DNA of 64,000 nucleotides from Candidatus Latescibacterota bacterium (GTDB lineage Bacteria > Latescibacterota > UBA2968). This document shows positions 15,001 through 27,500 of the stretch, piece by piece (position 1 is the first letter of the stretch; every line of letters begins with the position of its first letter). The notes below the pieces were generated by a model. That model did not search any database, was not told where the DNA came from, and saw only the letters and a list, made by a program, of their open reading frames with translations. The position numbers and the translations under genes are program-made. Location: NCBI GenBank assembly GCA_965204375.1, contig OZ241986.1:2336001-2400000 (forward strand). Reading direction: 5' to 3'.

Positions 15001-18000
15001 CACTGTCAACGTCTTCGGATCAACCACCACACCTGCCATGTCGTCATCGGTAATCGTCAGCGACGTCCCATTCACCGTCAGACCTGACGTGCTACCACCC
15101 ACCGAAACCGTCTCATTCCCCTCCGCAACTGAATCATCACTCGGCGTAATTGTAAACGTCCCGCTACCACTTGATGAACCAGCGGCTATGGTCACTGTAA
15201 CATCCGCCACAGTACCATAGTCCGTGCCCTCCGTCGCACTGTCATTGGTAGCCCCTATCGAGACTGTCACTGCCGTCGCGCCGGGCAGTGCTGACCCGTT
15301 CAACATTGCCTTCACACTCACCGTCTGAGCACCACCATCCTCTGTCACAGCACTCGGATTCAGACTCAATCCTATCCCGGTCGGTGCCGCATCATTATCC
15401 ATGATTTTCAGATCCGCACTCGTCACTGTGAAACCCGACGCCGTGCCATTGACTGAAACCTTTTCTTCTCCTTCCGCTATCCCATCATCACTCGGCGTAA
15501 TGGTAAATGTCCCGGTACTACTTGACGAATTAGCTGCTATCGTCACCGTGACGTCATTCACTGATGCGTAGTCCGTGCCCTCCGTTGCACTGTCACTGGT
15601 AGTCCCTATTGAGACTGTCACCGTCGTCGCAGCAGGCAGGGTCACACTGCCTGATATTGTCGCTGTCACTGTCACAGTCGTCGCGCCAGCACCTTCACCT
15701 ACCATTGCAGGTGACAAAGACAGACGAATGCCTGTCGGTGCTGTGTCATTGTCGGTAATTGTACCCGTCGCCTCAAGCGTGTTTCCGCCACCTGAAAGCG
15801 TCGCATTCACCGCATTGCTCAACGTCACCTTAAATGTCTCATTACCCTCATATATCGTGTCATCACTGATCGTCACACTAATCGCCTGGCTCAACCCATC
15901 CCCTGAACTGAACGTCACACGACCATCCGTCACTGCTGTATAGTCCTTACCCGCCTCTGCCGTTCCATCCACTGTCACCCAACTCACCGTCACGGCCTTG
16001 CTACTCGACACACTCAAACCCACCGTAAACGTCATCGTACCTGCATTCTCAGCAGCACTCGCATTACCGATGCTCAGCACAGGCACTGTGGTTTCTGTAA
16101 TGTTCACCACCACACTTGAAGCCGTCTTACCACTATAGTCTCCCGTGCTGCTGACACTATGCCTAATCGTCACTTTATCATCCACCACCGCATCGTTGTC
16201 CGTAGCCACGCTCACCGTCACCGTCTGTGCTGTGCTCCAATTGGTCGTCGTGAACGTCACAGTTGTTGGACTTGCCGACACATCTGTCCCTGTTGGCACG
16301 CTCACTCCAACCGTCACTGACGCTGTCGGCTCAGAATCCAGCACCACCGTATAGGTCTTGCTCGAACCCTCATTTATCGTCAGACTGGTTGGGTCAACCG
16401 TCACGCCTGCTGTCTCGTCATCCGTCACAGACACGGCCACCGAGGCCACTGTCAGGCTCGACGAATACTTGCTATCGCTGCTGGAAGACTGATGGCTGAT
16501 CGTCGCACTGTCATTGTTCGCATCATCGTCCGCAACCCCACTCACTGTCACCGTCTGTGCATCACTCCAATTGCTTGAGGTGAATGTCACAGTCGCTGGG
16601 GACACTGTCGCAACACTTATCGCGCTACTACTCGCACTCACCGTCACATTTGTTGAAGGCTTACTGCTCAGTTTCAACGTATAGGTATTCGTGCTGCCCT
16701 CATCCACTGTCAGCGTCTTCGGGTCAACCTCCACGCCCGCCATGTCGTCATCGGTAATCGTCAGCGACGTCCCATTTACCGTCAGACCTGATGTGCTACC
16801 ACGCACCGAAACTGTCTCATCCCCTTCTGCAACTGAATCATTCACCGGACTAATCGAAAACGTCCCTTCACCACTCGTCTTCCCCGATGATATTGTTACC
16901 GTGATCGCGGCCACTGCCCCATAATCGGCAGGCGAAGTCGCCGTCCCATCAGACACACTCACCGTCACGGCCGTCGCGCCGGGCAGTGCTGAACCATTCA
17001 GCATCGCCTTCACGGTCACCGTCTGAGCACCACCATCCTCTGTCACAGCACTCGGATTCAGACTCAAAACGATACCTGTCGGTGCCGTGTCATTATCCAT
17101 GATTTTCAGATCTGCACCCGTCACATCAAGGCCGGTAGCAGAGCCGTTCACTGAGACCTTCTCTTCTCCTTCCGCGATCCCATCGTCACTCGGCGTTATG
17201 GTAAACGTCCCGCTACCACTTGACGAATTAGCTGCTATCGTCACTGCCACATCCGACACAGCACCATAGTCTGTACCTTCTGTTGCACTGTCACTGCCAT
17301 CACCCACGCTCACTGTCACCGTCGTCGCATCAGGTAGTGTCACACTGCCTGATATTGTCGCTGTCACTGTCACCGTCGTCGCGCCGTCACCCTCACTAAC
17401 CATCGCAGGCGACAAAGACAGACGAACACTCATCGGTGCGGTGTCATTGTCTGTAATTGTGCCCGTCGCTTCAAGCGTGGACCCGCCACCAGACAGCGTC
17501 GCATTCACCGCATTGCTCAATGTCACCTTGAACGTCTCGTTACCCTCAGCTATATTATCATCGCTGATCGTCACACTCACGGTCTTGCTCAGCGCATCCC
17601 CTGAACTAAACGTCACACGACCATCCGTCACTGCCGTATAATCCTTGCCCGCCTCTGCCGTCCCATCCGTAGTCGCCCAACTCACCGTCACGGCATCACT
17701 ACTCGCCACACTCAAACTCACCGTAAACGTCAGCGTCCCTGCACCCTCAGCAGCACTCGCATTACCGATGCCCAACACAGGCACTGTGGTTTCTGTGATA
17801 CTCACCACCACACTTGAAGCCGTCTTACCATTATAGTCACCTGTGCTGCTGACACTATGCGTAATCGTCACCTGTGCATCCGCCACCGCATCAGCATCCG
17901 CAGCCACGCTCACCGTCACCGTCTGTGCTGTGCTCCAGTTATCCGCTGTGAAGGTCAGACTCGTCGGACTCGCTGACACATCCGTCCCTGTCGGCACGCT

Positions 18001-21000
18001 CACACCAACCGTCACTGACGCTGTTGGCTTAGAGGTCAGTTTCATCGTATAGATCTTACTCGCACCCTCATTCACTGTCAGACTGGTTGGGTCAACCGTC
18101 ACACCAGTCGTCTCGTCATCAGTGACGGATACCGCCACTGAGGCCACTGTCAGACTGGACGAATACTTGCTATCACTGCTGGTGGACTGATGGCTGATCG
18201 TCGCACTTTCATTGTTTGCATCATCATCCGAAACCCCACTCACCGTCACCGTCTGTGCTGTGCTCCAATTGCTTGAGGTGAATGTCACAGACCCTGGCGA
18301 TACTGTCGCCACAGCCAGCGCACTACTGGTCGCCGTTACCGTCACATTACCGCCTGGCTGGCTGCTCAGTTTCAATGTGTAGGTATTCGTAGAACCCTCA
18401 TCCACTGTCAGCGTCTTCGGAGAAACCACCACGCTGGCCGTCTCGTCATCGTTCACGGTGATGGTCACAGAATCCACTGTCAGACTGGATGAATACTTGC
18501 TATCGCTACTGGACGACGAATGACTGATCGTCGCACTGCCATTGTTTGCATCATCATCCGCAACCCCACGCACCGTTACCGTCTGCGCCGTGCGCCAATT
18601 GGTCGTCGAGAACGTCACAGTCGCTGGGGACACCCTCGCCACATCTGTAGCATTACTGCTCGCACTCACTGTCACATTACCACTTGGCTGGCTGCTCAGC
18701 TTCAACGTGTAGGTATTCGTTGATCCCTCATTCACTGTCAGACTGGCTGGGTCAACCACCACACCTGCCATGTCGTCATCCGTAATCGTCAGCGACGTTC
18801 CATTCACCGTCAGACCTTCCGTCGAACCCGTCACCGAAACCGTCTCATTACCCTCCGCAACAGAATCATCATTCGGCGTAATCGTAAACGTCTCTTCACC
18901 ACTTGTCTTCCCCGATGATATCGTCACCGTGACGTCATTCACAGATGCATAGTCCGTGCCCTCCGTCGCACTGTCATTGGTAGCCCCTATCGAGACTGTC
19001 ACCATCGTCGCCACGGTCCGGGCATCTGCATTCAGACTCGCTGTCACTGTCACTGTCGTCGCAGAATCATCCTCACCAACCGACGAGGGTGATACAGACA
19101 ACGCCACCGAACTGGATGCTGTATCATCATCCCTTAGCGTCAAACTCGCTGTCCCGCCAGTCAAACCTTCCGTCGAACCCGTCACCGAAACTGTCTCATC
19201 CCCTTCCGCTACTGAATCATTCACTGGACTAATTGAAAACGTCCCTTCACCACTTGTCTGACCGGCTGCTATCGTCACCGTCACATCCGACACAGCACCA
19301 TAGTCCGTGCCCTCTACTGCACTGTCATTGGTAGCCCCTATCGAGACTGTCACTGTCGTCGCATTAGGCAGTGCTGACCCGTTCAACATTGCCTTCACAC
19401 TCACCGTCTGAGCACCACCATCTTCTGTCACATGACTCGGACTCAGACTCAATCCTATCCCGGTCGGTGCCGCATCATTATCCATGATTTTCAGATCCGC
19501 ACCCGTCACTGTGAAACCCGACGCCGTGCCATTGACTGAAACCTTTTCTTCTCCTTCCGCGATCCCATCATCACTCGGTGTGATCGTAAACGTCCCGCTA
19601 CCACTCGACGAATTAGCTGCTATCGTCACCGTCACATCAGACACAGCACCATAGTCCGTGCCCTCTACTGCACTGTCACCCACATTACCCACACTCACCG
19701 TTACCGTCGTTGCACCCGGCAGGGTCACACTCCCATCTATTGTCGCTGTCACTGTCACCGTCGTTGCGCCGTCACCTTCACCAACCATCGCAGGCGACAA
19801 AGACAGACGAACACTCATCGGTGCTGTGTCATTGTCTGTAATTGTGCCCGTCGCTTCAAGCGTCGCCCCTCCACCTGATAGCGTCGCATTCACCGCATTG
19901 CTCAACTTCACCTTGAACGTCTCGTTACCCTCAGCTATCGTATCATCGCTGATTGTCACACTAATCGCCTGACTTAGCCCATCCCCTGAACTAAACGTCA
20001 CACGACCATCTGTCACTGCCGTATAGTCCTTGCCCGCCTCGGCTGTCCCATCCGCTGTCACCCAACTCACCGTCACGGCATCACTACTCGCCACACTCAA
20101 ACTCACCGTAAACGTCAGCGTCCCTGCACCCTCAGCAGCACTCGCATTACCGATGCCCAACACAGGCACTGTGGTTTCTGTGATACTCACCACCACACTT
20201 GAAGCCGTCTTACCATTATAGTCACCTGTGCTGCTGACACTATGCGTAATCGTCACCTGTGCATCCGCCACCGCATCAGCATCCGCAGCCACGCTCACCG
20301 TCACCGTCTGTGCTGTGCTCCAGTTATCCGCTGTGAAGGTCAGACTCGTCGGACTCGCTGACACATCCGTCCCTGTCGGCACGCTCACACCAACCGTCAC
20401 AGACGCTGTTGGCTCAGAGGTCAGTTTCACCGTATAGGTCTTGCTCGCACCCTCATTTATCGTCAGACTGGTTGGGTCAACCGTCACGCCTGCTGTCTCG
20501 TCATCCGTCACAGACACGGCCACCGAGGCCACCATCAGGCTGGACGAATACTTGCTATCACTGCTGGAAGACTGATGGCTGATCGTCGCACTGTCATTGT
20601 TCGCATCATCGTCCGCAACCCCGCTCACTGTCACCGTCTGTGCATCACTCCAATTGCTTGAGGTGAATGTCACAGTCGCTGGAGACACTGTCGCCACACT
20701 TACCGCACCACTGGTCACCGTTACCGTCACATTTCCACCTGGCTGACTGTTCAGTTTCAGCGTGTAGGTATTCGTGCTACCCTCATCCACTGTCAGCGTC
20801 TTGGGGTCAACCACCACACCTGCCATGTCGTCATCCGTAATCGTCAGTGACGTCCCATTCACCGTCAGATCTGTGGCACTGCCACCCACCGAAACCGTCT
20901 CATTACCCTCCGCAACAGAATCATTCACTGGACTAATCGTAAACGTCACCTTACCACTCGTCTGACCCGCTGTGATCGTCACCGTCACATCCGACACAGT

Positions 21001-21540
21001 ACCATAGTCCGTGCCCTCTACCGCACTGTCACCGGTAGCTCCGACAGACACCGTCACCGTCGTTGCATCAGGCAGTATCGACCCTGAAAGCGTTGCCGTC
21101 ACTGTCACAGTCGTTGCGCCGTCACCCTCACCTACCATATCAGGCGACACAGACAGACGAACACCTGTCGGTGCTGTGTCATTGTCTGTAATCGTCAGCT
21201 CCGTTCCGTTCACCGTAAGAGAGGACGAACCCGTCACTGAAACCGTCTCATCCCCTTCCGCTATCGAATCATCATTCGGCTTAATCGTAAACGTCCCCGT
21301 ACTACTTGTCAGACCCGATGCTATCGTCACCGTCACATCCGACACGGCACTATAGTCCGTGCCCTCCGTTGCACTGTCACTGCCAGAACCCACGCTCACC
21401 GTGACCGTCGTCGCCACTGTCCGCGCATCTGCATTCAACGTCGCTGTCACACTCACCGTCGTCGCGCCGTCACCCTCACCAACCGACGAAGGAGATACAG
21501 ACAACGCCACCTCAGTCGAAGCCGTATCATCATCACGGAT
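1..21540 (-). repeat. Intragenic array of ~318-bp (type A, 106 aa) and ~351-bp (type B, 117 aa) modules with occasional canonical Calx-beta modules
   Basis: Homologous antisense ORFs recur at 987-bp spacing (8675/9662/10649/11636; 4397/5384), equal to 351+318+318, and at 2385-bp spacing (17645/20030). Confidence 0.9.
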
Positions 21541-24500
21541 GTCGATCTCGATCTGGTTTCTATCGGAGATGCTTGCCGAAACTTCGCTGTTGACAAGTGC
21601 CATCTGCAGATGAAGCGTCTCAGTCTCCTCGTAGAGGTTGTCCCCAATAATGGTGATCTCACAGCTATCTGCACTGTCGGTCAGGATGCAGTTGCCGAGT
21701 GTGAAATCGTCCTCTGTGGCGGTGCTGGTGTTGTTTCGCGTGAAACTGAGCTCTATGTCACCCTCCCACGCCTTGTCCGCGTTTACCGGGAATCGGCGTA
21801 ATTGATCTGTGTCCGTTTCGTTAAGCGTCACTTTGGTGCCCCTGGATAACGTGACTACTTCGCTTCTGTCCGTTATCTTGACCATAAACCTTGCGTCTTG
21901 GGGATGAGGTGTGTAGCCGTCTCCGGGTTCGATAGTGATTAATATGTATTCCGGCGGCTCTATGACTTCGTCATCGCAGACCACGATCTGGAATTGGATA
22001 GAAGTTACTCCCATGCCCACAGACGCTCCCTCGACCATCACGATATCTACTCCACCATCGCTGCAACTACCAGTGGTTACAGCGGTGGCGAGTCTCTTGC
22101 CCGGCGAGGGAACCGCCTTCAATTTGACAATGGCTGAGGACAACTGTATGCCGGTACTGAAGTCTAACGCGATGGTAAACGATTGATCTCTTTCCGTCAC
22201 TCCTTCGATCACCTCCAACGAGGTATCCGTGAAGGAGACCGTGGGCGGTCCTTCATCGTCATCATTAATGGTTCCGGTCGCCAATTGCCTTTTGTAGTTA
22301 GTGTTCCCAGTTATGTTACTCAGCGTCAGCCTCAGCGTCTCGGACGCCCCTTCATTGAAAGTGTCGCCCGTCACCATCACGACCACGTCCATCGCGGATA
22401 CGCCCGGATTGAACGTCAGTGTACCTCTCCCCGCCGTGTAGTCCACGCCCGCCTTCGCCGTGCCGTCGCTCGTCGCCCATTCCACCATGGTTTCCCTGTC
22501 CGCCGGAGGCGACAGCGTCACCGTAAACACCAACTCGGTCTCGCCCGCGTCGCCCTCGGTCACCTCGGCATCCGCCACAGAGAACGCCGAAATGCCCTCG
22601 TCGTCAATCACCGTCACTGTCACCGCGCCGCTCACCATAGCATAGTCGCCCCCACTCGCCCCATGGACGATATTCGCCGTGCGGTCCGACGCGTTATCTA
22701 CATTGTCGTCCGTCCCCATCACCGTCACCGTCTGCGCTGTGTTCCAGGCGTCCGTCGCAAACGTCAGTGAGGTGGGGGTGACACGCGCCACAGCATTGTC
22801 TTCCGAGCTGACCGAGACCGTCACTTCCGCCGTGGGCTTCGACGTCAATGCCACCGCGTAGGTCGCCGTATTCATCGCACCCGATGCCTCTGTCACCGTC
22901 ACGCTCTGCGGCGACAGCGCGAGACCACGCTCGTCGTCGTCGATAATCGTACCCGTCGCGCTCGCCGTGCCGAGTGTGGCACCCCCAGTCGGGTTACTCA
23001 GCGTCACTGTCACCGCCTCGTTGTCCTCGTCAATCTCATCGCCATACACCGACACCGTCACCGCCTTCTCGGTCTCGCCCGCAGCGAAATTCTTTGAGCT
23101 GATCCTCGCTATGTAGTCCAGCCTCGCCTTCGCCGTGCCGTCGCTCGTCGCCCAGTCCACCCTGGTTTCCCTGTCCGCCGGAGGCGACAGCGTCACCGTA
23201 AACACCAACTCGGTCTCGCCCGCGTCGCCCTCCATCACCTCGGCATTCGCCACAGAGAACGCCGAGATGTCCTCGTCAATCACCGTCACTGTCACCGCGC
23301 CGCTGACCATAGCATAGTCGCCTCCACTCGCCACATGGACGATATTCGCCGTGCGGTCCGACGTGTTATCTACGTTGTCGTCCGTCCCCATCACCGTCAC
23401 CGTCTGCGCTGTGTTATAGCCGTCCGTCGCAAACGTCAGTGAGGTGGGAGTGACACGCGCCACAGCATCGTCTTCCGAGCTGACCGATACCGTCACCTCC
23501 GCCGTGGGTTGCGATGTCAACGCCACCGTGTAGGTCGCCGTGTGCATCGCACCCGATGCCTCTGTCACCGTCACGCTCTGCGGCGACAGCGCGAGACCGC
23601 GCTCGTCGTCGTCAATGATTGAGATGACCGCAATGGAATCTGCGCTTACGGTATAAGGCGCATAGGGTATTTCGGAGAGCTTGAGATAGATGGTCTCGGT
23701 GTCCTCTTTTTCGTCGTCACCCTTGATGGTGATGTCGAAGGAAACGGAGGTCTGTTGCGCGGACAGTTCGAGCGACCGGGATGGTAGGGTGTAGTCGGTA
23801 TCGAGGGTGGCTGTGCTTTCAGAACCAATATTGATGGTAACCGTGCTGGCCTCGGTCTGTGCCGGATTGATGTTCACCGTGAGGCTCAAGGTCGCGTCGC
23901 TGTCGGTCTCTGTGTGGCGATATGTGGTTTCGTCCCAACTGACATCGTATGAGCAAGTCGTGCCTGAGAATCTATGGATTTTCCCCGCCCAAGTCTGGAA
24001 CTCCATGTCTGCAGGTACACACAGCCCGGAGTTCCAGATACTCATTTGAAATAATTGCTTCAGTGCCGTGAACGTCCGGGGTAGTGGGCCCGACAACTTG
24101 TTGTTGGGGAGATTCAGGCGCCGCAGCTTGGACAGGTTGCCCAACTCTGATGGAATTGACCCCGACAAAGTGTTGGTACCGAGATGCAGGCTCGTCAGAT
24201 TGGACAGACCGCCCAACTCTGATGGAATTGACCCCGACAAAGTGTTGGCGCTGAGATTCAGGCTCGTCAGATTGGACAGGTTGCCCAACTCTGTTGGAAT
24301 TGACCCCGACAAAGCGTTGTTGGAGAGATCCAGACTCGTCAGATTGGACAGGTTGCCCAACTCTGTTGGAATTGACCCCGACAAAGCGTTGCGGGCGAGA
24401 TCCAAGCTCGTCAGATTGGACAAGCTACCCAACTCTGTTGGAATCGTCCCCATCAAATTGTTGTCGGAGAAGAACTCGAGTTGGGTGACCCGATTTTGTG

Positions 24501-27500
24501 AAACTTTGACGCCTTCCCAGTCGCTGATGGGTTTACTGTCATCCTTCCAGTTGGTGTTTCTATGCCAGTTCGCTCCATCGGTCGCATCGTAAAGCGCGAT
24601 CAGCGCCGCCCGGTCAGGGGACGCATCATCATCCTCTATCGTGACCGTCACACTGGCTGAACCCACAGTGTAAGGGGCATCGGCAATGGCCGAAAGGGTG
24701 AGAATGAAGACCTCTTCAAGCTCGTAGATGTCGTCACCCTTGATCGTGACGTCAAAAGTGGTGCTCTCAGTGTTTGCAGACAACATGAGGGACGTGCTGG
24801 AAACTGTGTAATCGCTCGTGCTGCTGGCGTGGTTGACGCCCGTCTGCGTGCTCTGCCCAGCACTCACGTTGACCGTACTGGCCTCGGTCAGTGCCGGGCT
24901 GATATTCACCGTGAGGCTCAAGGTCGCGTCGCTGTCGGTCTCTGTGTGGCTATATGTGGTTTCGTCCCAACTGACACTGACATCGCGGCAGGTCTGACCT
25001 CTGTAGGTCCCGATTTCCCCCACCCAGTTCCGGAACTCGGTGTCTGCAGGTACACACAGCCCGGCGTTCCCTCTGATTCTCAGAATATTGAGGCTCAGTG
25101 CCGTGAACGCCCGGGGAAGTGGGCCCGTCAACTCGTTGGCGGAGAGATCCAGGCTCAGCAGATTGGACAGGTCGCTCAGTTCTGTTGGAATCGTCCCCGA
25201 CAAAGCGTTGCGGGCGAGATTCAGGCTCGTCAACTTGGACAGGCTACCCAGCTCTGATGGAATTGACCCCGACAAAGCGTTGCCGTGGAGACTCAGGCTC
25301 GTCAGATTGGACAGATCGCCCAACTCTGATGGAATCGTCCCCGACAAAGCGTTGTTGGAGAGATCCAGGCTCGTCAGATTGGACAAGCTACCCAACTCTG
25401 TTGGAATCGTCCCCATCAAATTGTTGTTGGAGAGCCGGATTGTGGTGACCCGATTGTCCCGTGAAACCTGGACGCCTTCCCAGTCGCTGATGGGTTTACC
25501 TTCATCCTTCCAGTTGGTGTTTCTATGCCAGTTCGCTCCACCGGTCGCATCGTAAAGCGCGATCAGCGCAGCCCGGTCAGGGGACGCATCATCATCCTCT
25601 ATCGTGACCGTCACACTGGCTGAACCCACAGTGTAGGGGGCATCGGCAATGGCCGAAAGGGCGAGAATGAAGACCTCTTCAAGCTCGTAGATGTTGTCAC
25701 CCTTGATCGTGACGTCAAAAGTGGTGCTCTCAGTGTTTGCAGGCAACACGAGGGACGTGCTGGAAACTGTGTAATCGCTCGTGCTGATAGCGTGGTTGAC
25801 GCCCGTCTGCGTGCTCTGCCCAGCACTCACGTTGACCGTACTGGCCTCGGTCAGTGCCGGCCTGATATTCACCGTGAGGCTCAAGGTCGCGTCGTTGTCG
25901 GTCTCTGTGTGGCTATATGTGGTTTCGTCCCAACTGACATCGCGGCAGGTCTGACCGCTGTAGGTCAGGATTTCCCCCACCCAGTCCCGGAACTCCATGT
26001 CTGTAGGTACACACAACCCGGCGTTCGAGTTGATATCCAGATTAATAATGAGGTCCAATTTCGTGAACGCCCGGGGAAGTGGGTCCGTCAATTCGTTGTT
26101 GGAGAGAAAGAGGCTCCGCAGCTTGGACAGATTGCCCAATTCTGATGGAATTGACCCCGACAAAGCGTTGTTGGAGAGACCCAGGTGCCGCAGCTCGGAC
26201 AGGTTGCCCAATTCTGATGGAATTGACCCCGACAAAGCGTTGTTGGAGAGATTCAGGTACGTCAGCTTGGACAGGTTGCCCAATTCTGATGGAATTGACC
26301 CCGACAAATTGTTCTTGTTGAGTTCCAGGTACGTCAGCTCGGACAGGCTGCCCAACTCTGATGGAATCGTTCCTCTCAAATTGTTGCTGGAGAGAAAGAG
26401 GTTGGTGACCCGATTTTGTGAAACGGTGACGCCATACCAGTCGTTGATGGGTTTACTATCATCCTTCCAGTTGGTGTTATTCGACCAGTTTGCTCCACCG
26501 GTCGCATCGTAAAGCGCGATCAGCGCCGCCCGGTCAGGGGACGCATCGTCATCCACGATCGTCAGCGTTGATGACACGACACTCAGCCCCGACGCACTGC
26601 CACTCACTGAAACGGTCTCATTTCTTTCAAAAGACGAATCGTTTGTCGGCGTGATCGTGAACGTCCCTGTCCCACTCGTCTGACCCGCAGCAATTGTCAC
26701 CGTGACATCTGACACGGCACCATAGTCCGTACCCTCCGTTGCACTGTCACCGGTAGCCCCTATCGAGACTATTACCGTCGTCGCCACCGTCCGCGCATCT
26801 GCATTCATCGTCGTTGTCACCGTGACCGTCGTCGCGCCGTCACCCTCACCCACTGACGATGGAGACACCGTCAAAGACACCGAACTGGAAGCCGTCTGGG
26901 CTTCTATCCGCTTCGTATCGTCATCCTTGATCGTCAGCGACATTATGTTCACCAGCAGACCCGGCGTCGAACCCGTCACCGTAACTGTCTCATCCCTTTC
27001 TGCAAACGAATCATCCACTGGCGTCAGCGTGAACGTCCCTGTTCCACTCTGCTGCCCCGCAGGAATCGTCACCGTGACATCTGACACCGCTCCGTAGTCC
27101 GCTGGCGAAGTCGCTGTCCCATCACCCACACTCACCGTCACTGCCGTGCTCTCATTCAGTGTCGTGCTCCCATCTATCGTCGCTGTCACCGTCACTGTCG
27201 TCGCGCCGTCACCCTCACCCACTATCGCAGGGGACAAAGACAGACGAACACTCGTCGGTGCGGTGTCATTGTCTGTGATTGTACCCGTCGCTTCAAGCGT
27301 CGTCGCGCCACCTGAAAGCGTCGCATTCACCGCATTGCTCAGCTTCACCTTAAATGTCTCATTACCCTCAGCTATGTTATCATCACTGATCGTCACACTC
27401 ACGGTCTTGCTCAACGCATCCCCAGCACTAAACGTCACGCGACCATCCGTCACTGCTGTATAGTCCTTGTCCGCCTCTGCTGTCCCATCCGCTGTCACCC

